From the NCBI RefSeq assembly GCF_006345805.1, contig NC_043016.1, forward strand, positions 19,468,001 to 19,532,000: DNA of 64,000 nucleotides. Direction: 5' to 3'. The DNA is from Octopus sinensis (lineage: Eukaryota). The notes beneath the pieces are model-generated. The model was not told where the DNA came from, ran no database searches, and saw nothing but the letters and a program-made list of their open reading frames with translations. The position numbers were made by a program, and so were the translations under genes. Below are positions 1-13,563 of this stretch, piece after piece (the first letter of the stretch is position 1; the number at the start of each line of letters is the position of its first letter).

Positions 1-216
1 CCTGGTGCAGATCTCTGACTTACCAGTTCCAGTCAAACCGTCTAACCCATGCCATCATGGAAAGCGGATGCTAAATGATGATGATACTCACACACACATG
101 CACACATACCTATGTTGATATAAGCTGAACAATTTAAACTGTTTTATTATTAATGCGTCATCATGTACTAAATATCTTTCTAACAGTCATAACATACATA
201 CCATCTGTCTTTGCAG

Positions 217-366
217 CAGTCAGATAAAGCAGCTCTTTTATTCCGCCAGTATACAAAAGATAGCTTATATGATCGGATAAGCACCAGGCCATTTCTCAAT
301 GCAATTGAGAAAAAATGGATTGCTTTCCAACTTCTTTGTGCACTGAATCAGTGCCATAAATTAAAG
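217..366 (+). CDS. PIK3R4: PIK3R4 exon 1 in window (kinase-like domain)
   Basis: [50 protein letters not shown]; tandem CAGCAG acceptor (start 217 or 220); donor GTAAGT at 367. Confidence 0.93.
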
Positions 367-3300
367 GTAAGTTGTACTATTTACCCTTTTATATCAATAT
401 TTGTACCCAAATACAATACCTATATCTCATAATTAATTTTGAAAATAGTCAATAATTTACAATGATTTTGTAAGAAAAAACAAAAACAAAAAAAAAACAC
501 ACTTTCTTCATTAAGTTTGCATTTGGCATGTAACATAACAAATGGTTTTTCTTACAATTATAACAAAAGGTTTCCCTGAGACATGTATTACAGAAGCCTT
601 TCCTGTCACCAACCTTCACTTATTTCCAAGTAAGGTAATTAATATTTCCCTCATGGTCAGACACATTCTCACAGAATATTGGAAATGAATGGCACTGCAT
701 GTATGACAGTGACACTCATTTACAACTATCATGTGATGTCAAAGCAAGGAGACACAAAAACTCATACACACATACATACTCATATACATATATATGCAAC
801 AAGCTTCTTTCAGTTTCCATTAGATCCACACACACAGCTTTAGTCAACTCAGTGTTATAGTAGATAATGCCACACAGTGGGACTGAACCCAGAACCATGT
901 GGCTTGGAAACAAACTTCTTACAACACAGCCACACCAACGTTTATAATAATAATCATAAATCATCATCATCATCATCGTTTAACATCCGTTCTCCATGCT
1001 AGCATGGGTTGGACGGTTCGACTGGGGTCTGGGAAGCCAGGAGGCTGCACCAGGCCCAGTTTGATCTGGCAATGTTTCTACAGCTGGATGCCCTTCCTAA
1101 CACCAACCACTCCGTGAGTGTAGTGGGTGCTTTTTACGTGCCACCGACACGATGCCAGGCGAGGCTGGCAACGGCCACGGCCACGATCGGCTGGTACTTT
1201 TTATGTGCCACCGGCACGGAGGCCAGTCGGGGCGGCGCTGGCAACGGCCGCTTTCGGATGGTTCTTTTATGTGCCACCAGCACTGGTATCACAACAACAA
1301 TTTCTATTGATGTTTATGATAATTATTTTTAAGGTAATTACTAAATAAAATGTTTAATTAGATTAAAGCACATGTAAAAGGTTGCCGTAGGGCATCATTA
1401 AACTAGAGATTATTTTATCAACTCACAAATTTTCTAAGTTTTCTTGTTGATTGTTTTTTTTTATTTTCTTTGTAATTTGTTTCTTGAAGGTTTGTCATGG
1501 TGATATCAAATCTGAAAATGTAATGATCACGAGCTGGAATTGGCTTTTCCTTACAGACTTTGCAAGCTTCAAACCAACATATCTACCTGAAGTAAGTTGA
1601 CTAATTTTCATCATTATTTCAGTTGACCAAAATTTACTATTTGTTGCCTTTCTTCATTTCCATTGGTCATTTCATCAGTACTATTGAGGTCTACCCCCTC
1701 CTCCCACCACATCACATCTTCGCATGTTCTTTGGTCTTCCATTTCTGTTGAAGGTTTTTATTATCAATATACAACACTTTTTCACTAATCAGTATCATGT
1801 CTATCAACTGTAGTTGTAGCAAAGAATCAATATATCATAAAATTACATTCAAAAATTTTTCTTTATAATAGGCGCAGGAGTGGGTGTGTGGTAAGTAGCT
1901 TGCTTACCAACCACATGGTTCTGGGTTCAGTCCCACTGCGTGGCACCTTGTGCAAGTGTCTTCTACTATAGCCTCGGACCGACCAAAGCCTTGTGTGTGG
2001 ATTTGGTAGACGGAAACTAGAAGAAGCCCATCGTATATATGTAAAAGAAGCTGTATGGATGCGTTCATCACATTCCCCATCACCAGTGCCCTTTATCGTC
2101 ATTACCAGTGTAAAATTTCCACTACCCCTAGGGGTACACTAATGTACCTCTTGAAATACTTGTTGGGAAAATATGGACAGAGTGGGAATTCCAGTGGACT
2201 AACATTCTGGAAAGGAAATAATGGGCTTAGTGATTAATGCTGGGCCTGAATAGTTGGGTTTGGACACAAGAAGAGTGATGTGAGGAGGAAAGGTGAGTGG
2301 GAAAGAAATACTCAAGTGCCTCTCTCTCTCTCTATCCGCTCAGTCGAAGTCGACTCTCGGTCACTCGTTGGATCAGTGTCCTCCAGTCAGTTCTATCCTG
2401 GGCCGCTTCCTTCAGATTGGCTATGTCCATTCCGGTATCACTCTTGATGGTGTCAAGCCAGTGGGTTCTTGGTCGGCCTCTTCCTCTCTTGCCACTGACC
2501 ATTCCGAGCATGATGTCCTTCTCCAGGGATTCTCTCTGCATAATATGACTGAAATATGCCAATCTATGCTTGGTGATCCCAGCTTCTAGTGACATTTTCA
2601 GCCTTATCTGCTTAAGAACTTCTCCATTGGTGAGCCTTGCTGTCCATGGAATCCGTAAAAGTCTTCTCCAACACCAAAGCTCGAAAGCATTAATTCTCTT
2701 CTGGTCAGCTTTCTTTAGTCTCCAGGTCTCGCATCCATATGTTGCTATTGGAAGACAATTGCATTCACCAATCTGCATTATGTGCCAGTGGCACATAAAA
2801 AGCACCCAGCACACTTTAAGTGGATGACATTAGGAAGGGCATCTAGCCATAGAAACCATACATCAACAGACAATTGCCGTCTGGACAGCCCCATGTCAAA
2901 ACATTCAACCCATGCCAGTATGGGAAGTGGACGTTAAGCGATGATGCTGATGAGCTGGTATGAGTCCAGCCTACTGTGAAGAGCAGAGTCCATTATAATA
3001 GAAGAAGAAAAGGTGGTGAGAGAGAGGAGTTAAAGCACCTGAAGGCCAGAGGTTGGAACATGTCCCTGTGAGTGATTGTATGCCAGTCAGATGGCCTTTT
3101 TTTGGACACAGTCAAGGATGTCTGTGTGTGATATAACAGCGCTGTCCTTGATGTGAAAGCATGGAAAATGCAACATAAAAAAACTGATGTTGATGATGAT
3201 GTAGAAAGTTGAGTGTTTTACATAAAAGTGATGTATTTGTACTTTTGCATAAAATTATAATATACACTTTGCATAAAAAGCTGTTTCAGTTCTTTAGTTT

Positions 3301-6300
3301 ATTTTAGCCATCATGGTCAAGTTCATGTTGGAGCACTACCTTCAAGTTAATATCTTTTTATAATTTTAAATCTGATTTTAATAAAACACTGAATAAATGT
3401 TTTTTTATTTATTTATTTATTTTTTTTCCAGGATAATCCTTCAGATTTCTCATATTTCTTTGATACATCACGTCGTCGAACATGTTATATAGCACCAGAG
3501 AGGTTTGTAGACAGCAGCTGGAAAAACGCAGATGCTGCTACACAAGTCAGCCTAGATTTGACTTCCAGTGAAACGAAATTTGGAGATCTCACTCCAGCGA
3601 TGGATATTTTCTCTTCAGGGTAATTTTTAATTAAATCCCCCCCCTCTCTCTCTCTCTCAGTAGGTCATTAGGCAAAGTACTTAACAGCTAGAGTTCAAAT
3701 ACTGCCCAGTTTTGTTTTGCCTTCCGTTCCCCTGACATTTATAAAGTAAGATCTGAGGTAGATTAAATTGATTGTAAGCCTTGAAAGCAGTACTCCAGTA
3801 TGGCCATGGTCCAATGATTAACCGCTATATGAAATAAAAGAATATCCTTAAACACCAATGGAAAGCATAATCTTAGCACAGGCATAGCCGGGTGGTTTGC
3901 AAATTTGTTTCTTAACCATGGCCAACCAAAGCTTTGTGAGTGGAATTAGTTCATGGAAACTGAGTGAAGCACATAGTGTGTGTGTGTGTGTTAGTTCTAT
4001 ACAAGTGTCACTGTCATATAAGCAATTCTGTTTGTTTCCAGTCTTCTGTGAAAAATATGTCTGGCCATGGGGAAATGTCACCTTGTTTGGAAACAGGGTA
4101 AAATCTGCCTTAACAAATTCTAAGCCACGCAGGCATGGAGAAGTGGAAGTCAAAAGAATGAAGATGATGACATTGAGATTAATAAAATAAATTGTCTTCT
4201 TCCTTGTCAAATTTGGTTTTGTATTTTGTCAAATGAAATTGATATCTTATACTGTTTATATCATACTAGCACTATGACCCCGGCAATGCCAGGTCATAGT
4301 GCTAGTGCATGCATATGCAGCTGCGTGCGTGCGCACATACATGCGAACACTGTCCAAATCTCCGACCAATCACATACAGCTAGCTGGCATTTAATTGGCA
4401 TATTAAGTTTCAGGCATTTTGATTGGGTTTTTGATAGAAAATTCACAAAAAAGTCACTTCTATTGACTTTTTAATGGCTTTGCAGGGTGACTGGGGAAAT
4501 GTAAAGATGTGCACGACCAGCCTTGGGCGGTTTTCAATGACCATAGAAAGTAAGAGCCCTCTAACTGAAAAATTGTGGATTTGTATAAAGGACACGCGCA
4601 CACACACACACACAGACATTTATATATATAGAGATGATAATATTTGTCTTACCATTATTGTAATTATTTCTCTCTTATTTTTGTTACGTAGGTGTGTGAT
4701 AGCAGAGCTTTTCACAGAAGGAACTGTACCATTTGATCTTTCCCAGTTGTTAGCATATCGGAATGGAGAATACAGTCCATGGAAAGTGCTAGAAAAAATT
4801 GAAGATTCAAGTATTCGGGTATCAAGACCTAAGTTTTTAATATTTATAAATATGTGTGTTATATATATATATATATACATACACATTTTGGAAGGCGGTG
4901 AGCTGGCAGAAATGTTAGCGTGCCGGGCGAAATACTTAGCGGTATTTAATCTGCCGTTACATTCTGAGTTCAAATTCCGCCGAGGTCGACTTTGCCTTTC
5001 ATCCTTTCGGGGTCGATAAATAAAGTACCAGTTTCACACTGGGGTCGATGTAATCGACTTAATTCCCTTGTTTGTCCCCTCTATGTTTAGCCCCTTGTGG
5101 GTAGTAAAGAAATATATATATATATACACGAGAAGATGCTGAAAAGTTCCTGGCTTTGAGAGTATCATGAAAGGCCTGGTTGAAGACCCAACCTCCCATG
5201 TTCTTTTACAGGGCTTAGAAAAACTGAAGGACCACTGCAATAAGTGTGTGAATCTGAGAGGGGAATATGTTGAATAAAGCCATAATTAACTGATTCTCCC
5301 CTATTTTCTTTTACCAGAAGTCAGGAACTTTTCAGCACCCCCTCATATATATAAACACACACATGTTTACTTACACTATCTTGATATACTATCCCTGTCT
5401 CCTTTTCTTCACAATTTAGACTCTTACCTTTCTCAATAAACCTTAACACTAATCCCTGACTTTTTCCTTCTTCCATCTTGTGGAGTTAAAATGACTTAAG
5501 AACAGAGACAATTTATATATAATTATAATTTAAATTTTCAGATGAGGGGACATACATTCAGTGGATGTAACTGGTAGCAATGTTTATCCAGCATGGTTTG
5601 ATTCTCATCAGTAGATTACTATTATTTTGTTTTTGTTTCTTTTACCTCACATTAGTATTTATGAAAGTATAATATACACACACATATATACACATACAAA
5701 CACACACACACACACATATATATGTACATGTATATATATATATATATATATATTGTACACACACATACATATATACCTGTATACACCATGAAATGTTGAT
5801 GATATAGATATGTAACATATTTTCTTTTAGGAACTGGTACGCCACATGATGCAGAAAGAACCAACCCATCGTCTTTCAGCTGAAGAATATCTCATTCAAC
5901 AGCGGGGTAAAGCTTTCCCTAACTATTTCTACACTTATCTCAAACTTTACATCCAGCGTTTTGCAGTAGCACCAATTCTATCACCCGATGAACGGATCGT
6001 AAAGTAAGTACCTACTGTGATATATCACCTTTCTGTTTTCCCAAACTAAAGTATAATTCTGTTTTCTTCAGAAAAATTGGATATTTGTTCATTTAACCCT
6101 TTAGCATTCAAAGCAGTCGTATCTAGCCCAAAAATTCTGCCTGTTTTATATTCAAACTAGTCAGATCCAACCTCTTGTATGTGCCCTACAATGTCATTCT
6201 AAAAATAAACAACGATGTCATCAAAATCTCAAAGTTATGAGACAATGCAGGATTAATTGAAAACAATGTGAATAAATAAGCATTACATTTGACACAGAAA

Positions 6301-7663
6301 TCTGAATGCTAAAGAGTTTAAGGGTAAATTTTTTTGTCCTCTCTTCTAACTTATGTTACAACTTTTTTTAAAGCATTCTTCAGATTTTTATTTATTTTAA
6401 ATATCAAAGATTCTGAATCTGCCAAAATATTTATAAGTAACTTAACAAATATTTTTGCTTAAAAGAAGAAATAAGAGACAATGATTTTAATGTTAGTTAA
6501 CAGTAATTACAAGATATTTGGCCACGTTCTAATTTATGTGCGAGCTAGTCGAATTGTTAGTGCTTTGGGCAGAATTCTAACAGCATTTCTTCTGACTCTG
6601 TGTTTTGAATTCAAGTCTTGCTGAGGTAAATTTCACTTTTTATCCTTTCAGAGCTGATAAAATAAAGTACCAGTCAAGTACTGGGATCAATGTGATCAAC
6701 TTTACCCCTCCTCTCAAAATTGCTGAGGGAAGGGGCAAATTGATTGCATTGAGATTGGCGGCGAGCTAGCAGAATCATTAGCACGCTGGGTGAAATGTGT
6801 AGTATCCTACTACATTCTGTGTTCAAATTCGGCTAAGGTCAACTTCATCCTTTCAGGGTTGATGAAATAAGTACCAGTTGAGTACTGGGGTCGATGTAAT
6901 TGACTACCCCCTCCTCTAAATTTCAGGTCTTGTGCCTATGGTAGAAAGGATTATTATTATTATTATTATTATTATTAAGTGAGAGAGCAGCACATGCCAT
7001 CAAAGTGACACTGGGGTACACATATGCAAAGCCCAATATACCTGTCATGACTACCCATCTGATATGGGTACACCAGGTACAAACACTACAATCATGTGTC
7101 TATGTCATAGTGATTTCATATCAAGATAAACAATGCATGACCTTACAGGTGAGGGCCCAGTTAGAATTTTCCCCAAAATGGCTGCCCACGTGGGAAAATT
7201 TGAAACCATTATTATTATTATTATTATTATTTACATTACTGTTGCTTTGTTTTATACAAGTTGTTCAAAGTTTCACCCAGAGACCTCAAGTAACAGCAAG
7301 CTGGATGTTTCACTGTGGTCATTATTTATGATTAGCTATGATACAGAGTATGTGAAATTATTATTATTATTATTATTATCTAAGACGGCAAGCTGGCAGG
7401 ATCGTTAGCATGCTGGATGAAATGCTTAGTGGTGTTTCGCCCATTGCTATGTTCTGCCAAGATCGACTTTGCCTTTCATCCTTTCAGGGTCAATAAATTA
7501 AGTACCATTGAAACACTGGGGGTCAGTGAAATCGACTTATCCCCTCCCCCAAAATTGCTACTCTTGTGGCAAAATTTGAAACCATTATTATTATTATTTT
7601 TATTGTTATTATTATTATTGTTATCATCATCATCATCATTATTATCATTTTAAAAAATTTTTA

Positions 7664-7695
<32 letters not shown>

Positions 7696-8419
7696 TCTTC
7701 AGAATAAAAAAAGAACTTCAATGATATTTGGCCATTTAAATGTCTTGAAATCAACACCTGAAGAAAACACTGGGTTGGTTTTGATCATCAGTCTTGTTGG
7801 TTCCAGTCTTCGGAGTCTACAGGTATCAGTCAATGTCAATTACATTCCTATTATAGTTACTATTGCCATAGAACAGGTGACAGATTTCATGTGAGTTGTC
7901 TCTATCAAATAATTTTGGCTCTTACATAACCCTTTCCTCTGTCAAATGCTTATTAACCCTTTCGTTACTGTATTTCTTTTGAGATGCTCTGTGTTTCTTT
8001 CAATTACTTTAAATATAACAAAGAATTTAGTAAAGTAGCTTAGTTATAATTAAGCTGGTGTTAAGCACATAAATTGTGACTAAGGTTTGGTGGAAGATAT
8101 TAATACAAAACTTATGAAAACAAGACATTTGTAATCAGAGCCAGAGCCAGTTTCAGCCGGGTTGGGAATGAAAGGGTTAATTCACTTTATTTTGAATTAA
8201 TCACGTATTATCTTGTAGCTTTGAGATGTTGAAGATGTGACTGTTTATTTTTAGAATAGGATTGTAGGGTAGGTGTGAGAGGCCGATTCTGTCCAGTTAC
8301 AAAACACACACAGTTAGAATATTTAACTGGATATGGCCAGTCTAAATACTGAAAGGGTTATGGTCAGTTTATTTCATTTATACTGACAGCATGCTTTGGA
8401 ATGGCATAAACATCTGATA

Positions 8420-8485
<66 letters not shown>

Positions 8486-11400
8486 ACACATATATATACC
8501 CATATATATCAGACTGTTTATGCCATTCCAAAGCATATATATATATATAGAGAGAGAGAGATACATACATACATACATACATCACACACATACATAAATT
8601 TGTGTGCCTCTGAAAACAGGAACGAGTGTTCTTCTTTTTATGCTTACAGGTGTTAGTCGATTCCCGGTAATTTGATTTCAATTTCTAATTAAAACCATTT
8701 TACTTGATTTACATCAATGTTTCCTTGAAGAGAGAAGCATTACCTCTCTTGCTCTTTCTCTGATTCTGAATCCCCCACCGCCAATCCTTTTGTCTCTATC
8801 TCATGTGCACATACACATGCACTCACATATACTCATATAGAAAATGTCTTGCCAAGTTAATAAAATGCTAGCATGGAAAGCGGACGTTAAACGATGATGA
8901 TAACAATGCAGCAGTTCATATTGCTGTTGTCCACTTTTCTATAAATAGGTACCACATACAACTCGTAGCCTCGTTGCACAGAAGTCGTGTATGAAGAACG
9001 CAAGTGTTAAATGTCTCACAGTGCTAAGACCAAGTTCTCCTACAAATCTCTGAAAAAGCAAGTAGTAGACTACTGCTGTACAGTAATCAGAGCTGATTAA
9101 TGTCTTAGGTTCAACGTAGTCATATCTAGACTTTGGTACTGATTATGATCCCTGTGTGCATGTGTACATGTATGAGATAACTGATATGCAACAGTCCATT
9201 CCAAAGATATTCACTATTTTTATAATATAATAATGAAATTATTGTATACAGTACTCAGGTGCACCACAACTTGTCAAAAGTGCGTATAATGTATATGCAG
9301 TAATGTACAAATGTCTGGAAAGTGAACAGTGTATGAGTCAGATACATGCTTGCGTGTGTATGGAGGGGAGAAAATCAGGTGTAGTGTTGGCGAATCTCAG
9401 TAAGCATGGAAGTTTTGAAGGATGCAATGCTCCGACAACTAACAACTGATGTCGGCAGTTTGTTCCATGCTTCATCAACTCTTAGCGTGAAAAATGTTTC
9501 CGAAAGTCATGGGAGCTGTGCTGTTTTCTGACTTTGTAAACATGTCCACGGGTGTTAGACAGTGGAGTTTGAAAAGGTGCTCAGTTATTGTTTGTAAGAT
9601 GGCTAATAATTTTTGGGGTGTCTGCCAGTCAGCTGCCAGACGTCGGAGTTTCAATGTGTCCATGCCCAGGAATTAAGGCGTTCAGAATATGGCAAATGCC
9701 TGATGGAGGGTATTCTCTTGGTATTTGGTGGATATCTTGGTAATTGAGAGGCTCTCATGACACAAAAATGTATTCTGACACTTTATATATCATCTTCTCA
9801 TCATGACCTGCAAAAAAAAATGTAGCAGACGAATCTTTCGGATGACACTAACTGCTATCCAAGATTTATTTTGTCTTATTAATGTCTTTTACAGTTTGCC
9901 AGTTCCAAATCAACTGCTCTTGAATTGCTCCTTGAAATATCTCAACATGTCACTGCAGAAATCATTCTAGATCGACTTTTACCTTTAATGGTAAGAAATT
10001 TTGTTTTCAGCAGAAACTTCTCTCCTCTTCCATATCACATTCCTTGTAACTCGCCTTTCAACGCTCCCTTGTTTTTACTATTTAGTTAGAGAAGGAAGGG
10101 CCATCCCATGAATATCCATTATTCTCTCGGGGCTTTGTAGGTTGATGGGAGGAAGGGTGGAAGTTACAGTCAAACCAGGAACCTGATTCAAATGCCTGTC
10201 AAATCAGTGGACTCTGATGAATTCTGCTTAAGGTACCTAAGAACCAGGTGATAGACTGGGTATTGCTTAATTGGGTTTTGATTATATTAGACTGAGTATT
10301 GCTTAAGTCTTCTACCAAAACCACCTCAGAATGCTAAATGCTAAATGCTGGAATATATACTGAAATACATCTTGTTCAATGTTCCGACATGTCTGCCAGT
10401 TATTTTCCTGGACAGGGACTATATTTTATTGACCCCACCAAAAATATAAAAGGTAAAGCTGGCCTCAGTAGAGTCAAAGCACAAAAATCCAAAGCAAGTA
10501 ATTCAAAGTATTGTCCCATATTCTAACATTTCACTGCATACTAAACTTTATGTTCTAAGTTCAAATTATGCAAAAATTAACTTTGCTTTCCTTTTTTTTG
10601 GGCTCAATAAAATCAAGTACCAGTCAAGTACTGGAGTTAATAAAATCAACAATGCCCCTCCCCTTTATGTAAAAAATTAAATATTCACCCATTTTGGAGA
10701 CTTTTATATTTTATTGTTGTATTTGCATGTGCAGTTCAATTGTTTGTATTTTGAAAAGTGACAATATTATATAGAAATTCATTACTTTTGTCTGTTTTTT
10801 TTTTTTATTGTAAAATACGATTTAAAACATCTGTACCACTTAAAAATTGACTGAAATTTTTCATTAATTTTCTTCTTTTCCTAATCCAGCTTTGTTTAGC
10901 TGAAGATCCATTTCCACGAGTGCGAGCTGATACTCTGAGAACTATTGTAAAATGTTTGTCCAATCTCAAGTCAGTTCCAAAAAGGTTTGTAAATCAACAT
11001 ATTTATCTTTAAGAATCATCTGTTTCATTGTATTCATTGTCACTGCTACAATGTGTTTTAAGTAAACTGAAGCATTTGAGGTATGATTCTTTTGTTGGTG
11101 TTTTGTACTATTATAGATCCCTTATTTAAAGTATTGTACAACTTTGTTGTCCACCTTAAGGAATATCTGGAATTTTACACTCATCTCTGTTTACTACCCA
11201 TGTTAATTAACTCTTTCACGACTATATTTTTGTTTCTTTATTACCCACAAGGGGCTAAACATAGAGGGGACAGACAAACGGATTAAGTCGATTATATCGA
11301 CCCCCAGTGCCTAAACTGGTACTTAATTTATCAACACCGAAAGGATGAAAGGCAAAGTCGACCTTGGTGGAATTTGAACTCAGAACGTAACGGCAGACAA

Positions 11401-12233
11401 AATACCTATTTCTTTACCACCCACTAGGGGCTAAACATAGAGGGGACAAACAAGGACAGACAAATGGATTGAGTCGATTATATCGACCCCAGTGCGTAAC
11501 TGGTACTTAACTTATCGACACCGAAAGAATGAAAGGCAAAGTTGACCTCGACGGAATTTGAACTCAGAACGTAACGGCAGACGAAATACCTATTTCTTTA
11601 CTACCCACAAGGGGCTAAACATAGAGTGGACAAACAAGAACAGACAAACAGATTAAGTCCATTATATCGACCCCAGTGTGTAACTGGTACTTAATTTATC
11701 GACCCCAAAAAGATGAAAGGCAAAGTCGACCTCAGCGGAATTTGAACTCAGAACGTAACGGCAGACGAAATACAGCTACGCCTTTCACCCGGCGTGCTAA
11801 CGCTTCTGCCAGCTCGCCGCCTTTCACGACTATATTTTTGTTGAAACACACTGCCTTTGTTTCAATTCATTTTGAAAACAACTGTCATTATTAATCTTGT
11901 ATTTGTAACATTAATTAGCATAAAATTTTGGTAGAAGGTTTTGGATCACTTTAAAACAGGAAGTTTGTATCAAAGAACCAAGAATGGTGGATTGGTATCA
12001 AAAGTGTTATCTTCTTGAGCTAACAAACAGGTCCCTTCATATCAGCTGAACCCACTAGAATTAGCAGCCAAATATCCCTCTATCGTCTTAAAAAAAACGT
12101 AAGAACACATTAGATAACGTATTCTTAGTTACATTAGGAAAATAGTAAGATAATGCGCCTGTGGGCATATAGCGTAGTGGTTAAGAGCGCAGGCTACTAA
12201 CCCCAAGATTCCGAGTTCGATTCCAAGCAGTGA

Positions 12234-12274
<41 letters not shown>

Positions 12275-13518
12275 TTGAAAAATACCTTAGGAATGAGAAC
12301 CCAGGTTCGAAATTTCCCCAAGACACCTGATGAAGGCTGGAGGGTATAATCAGCTGAAACATGTTAACAACAAACAAGATGAGGACAGTTATCCGTCAAA
12401 TATAAATAATAAAAGATAATCATGTTTAGACTTTCTTGAACCATTTAAATCACAAGTGTGCCCAGTCAGGGTTTACTCATGACAAACCAACAACAGCAAA
12501 CCATACCATCTTTTGGTCATTGGCAGAATCCACAAATTGTCGTCAACCCTTTAGCATTCAGATTATTCAGTCAAATGTGCTAATTTGAATTAATCATTGT
12601 TTTTAATTAAACATTCAAAAGCACCATCCGATTGCGGCCGTTGCCAGCCTCGCCTGGCCTCCGTGCCGGTGGCACGTAAAATGCACCATCCGATTGTGGC
12701 CGTTTGCCAGCCTTGTCTGGCACCTGTGCCAGTGGCACATAGAAAGCACCCACTACACTCTCAGAGTGGTTGGCATTAGGAAGGGCATCCAGCCATAGAA
12801 ACATTGCCAAATCAGACTGGGCCTGGCGCAGCCTTCTGGCTTCCCAGACCCCAGTTGAACTGTCCAACCCATGCTAGCATGGAAAGCGGACGCTAAACGA
12901 TGATGATGATGATGATGATTCATTACCTTGTAGCTTTGAGATTTCAATGATGTGATTATTTATTTTTAGAATGACATTGTAGGTTAAGTGTGAGAAGCTA
13001 GTTATGACCAGTTTGAGCATAAAATAGAATATTTGGACTGTATATAGCTGATTTAAACACTAAAGAGTTGATTCAACATCCTGTCGGTGTGCCCTTTTTT
13101 GTAAATGTGATTTCAGAATGATTTGCCTATAATTTATACCTGGTTAAATTTCCATGGCAAAAATTCCCTTGGCTGGAATAATCCAAGCTGTTTGTTGGTT
13201 TCTGTATGATAAGGACACTTTTCTTTCTTTTTTTTTTTTTTTCTTCTTTAAATAACCTGCTTCCAATAAATTTCTGGCCTTTTGCCTATATTAGAAACAA
13301 TTATTTTCCTTTGATAAAAAAATATGCAAAAAAGTGACATCTCAGATAGATGCAGACATGGTTGCGTGGTAAGAAGTTTGCTTCCCAACCACATGGTTTC
13401 AGGTTCAGTACCACTGTGTGATACTTTTGGCAAGTGCCTTCTATATTCCTAGGCCAGCCAAAGCTTTGTGAGCAGATTTGGTAGATGGAAACTGAAAGAA
13501 GCCCATTACATACATGTG

Positions 13519-13563
<45 letters not shown>

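Noticed and set aside
1009-1332. Recurrent ORFs '[17 protein letters not shown]...' resembling a multigene family
   Set aside because: Translations of family A copies with variable frameshifts and stops; no coding constraint evident.
4819-4826. GTATC-starting donors (4819, 7823, 39311) as possible U12 introns
   Set aside because: They lack the GTATCCTT consensus, and no TCCTTAAC branch site was seen near the acceptors.
12163-12235. Possible tRNA gene
   Set aside because: Acceptor and T stems do not pair cleanly; it is the head of a TSD-flanked repeat.
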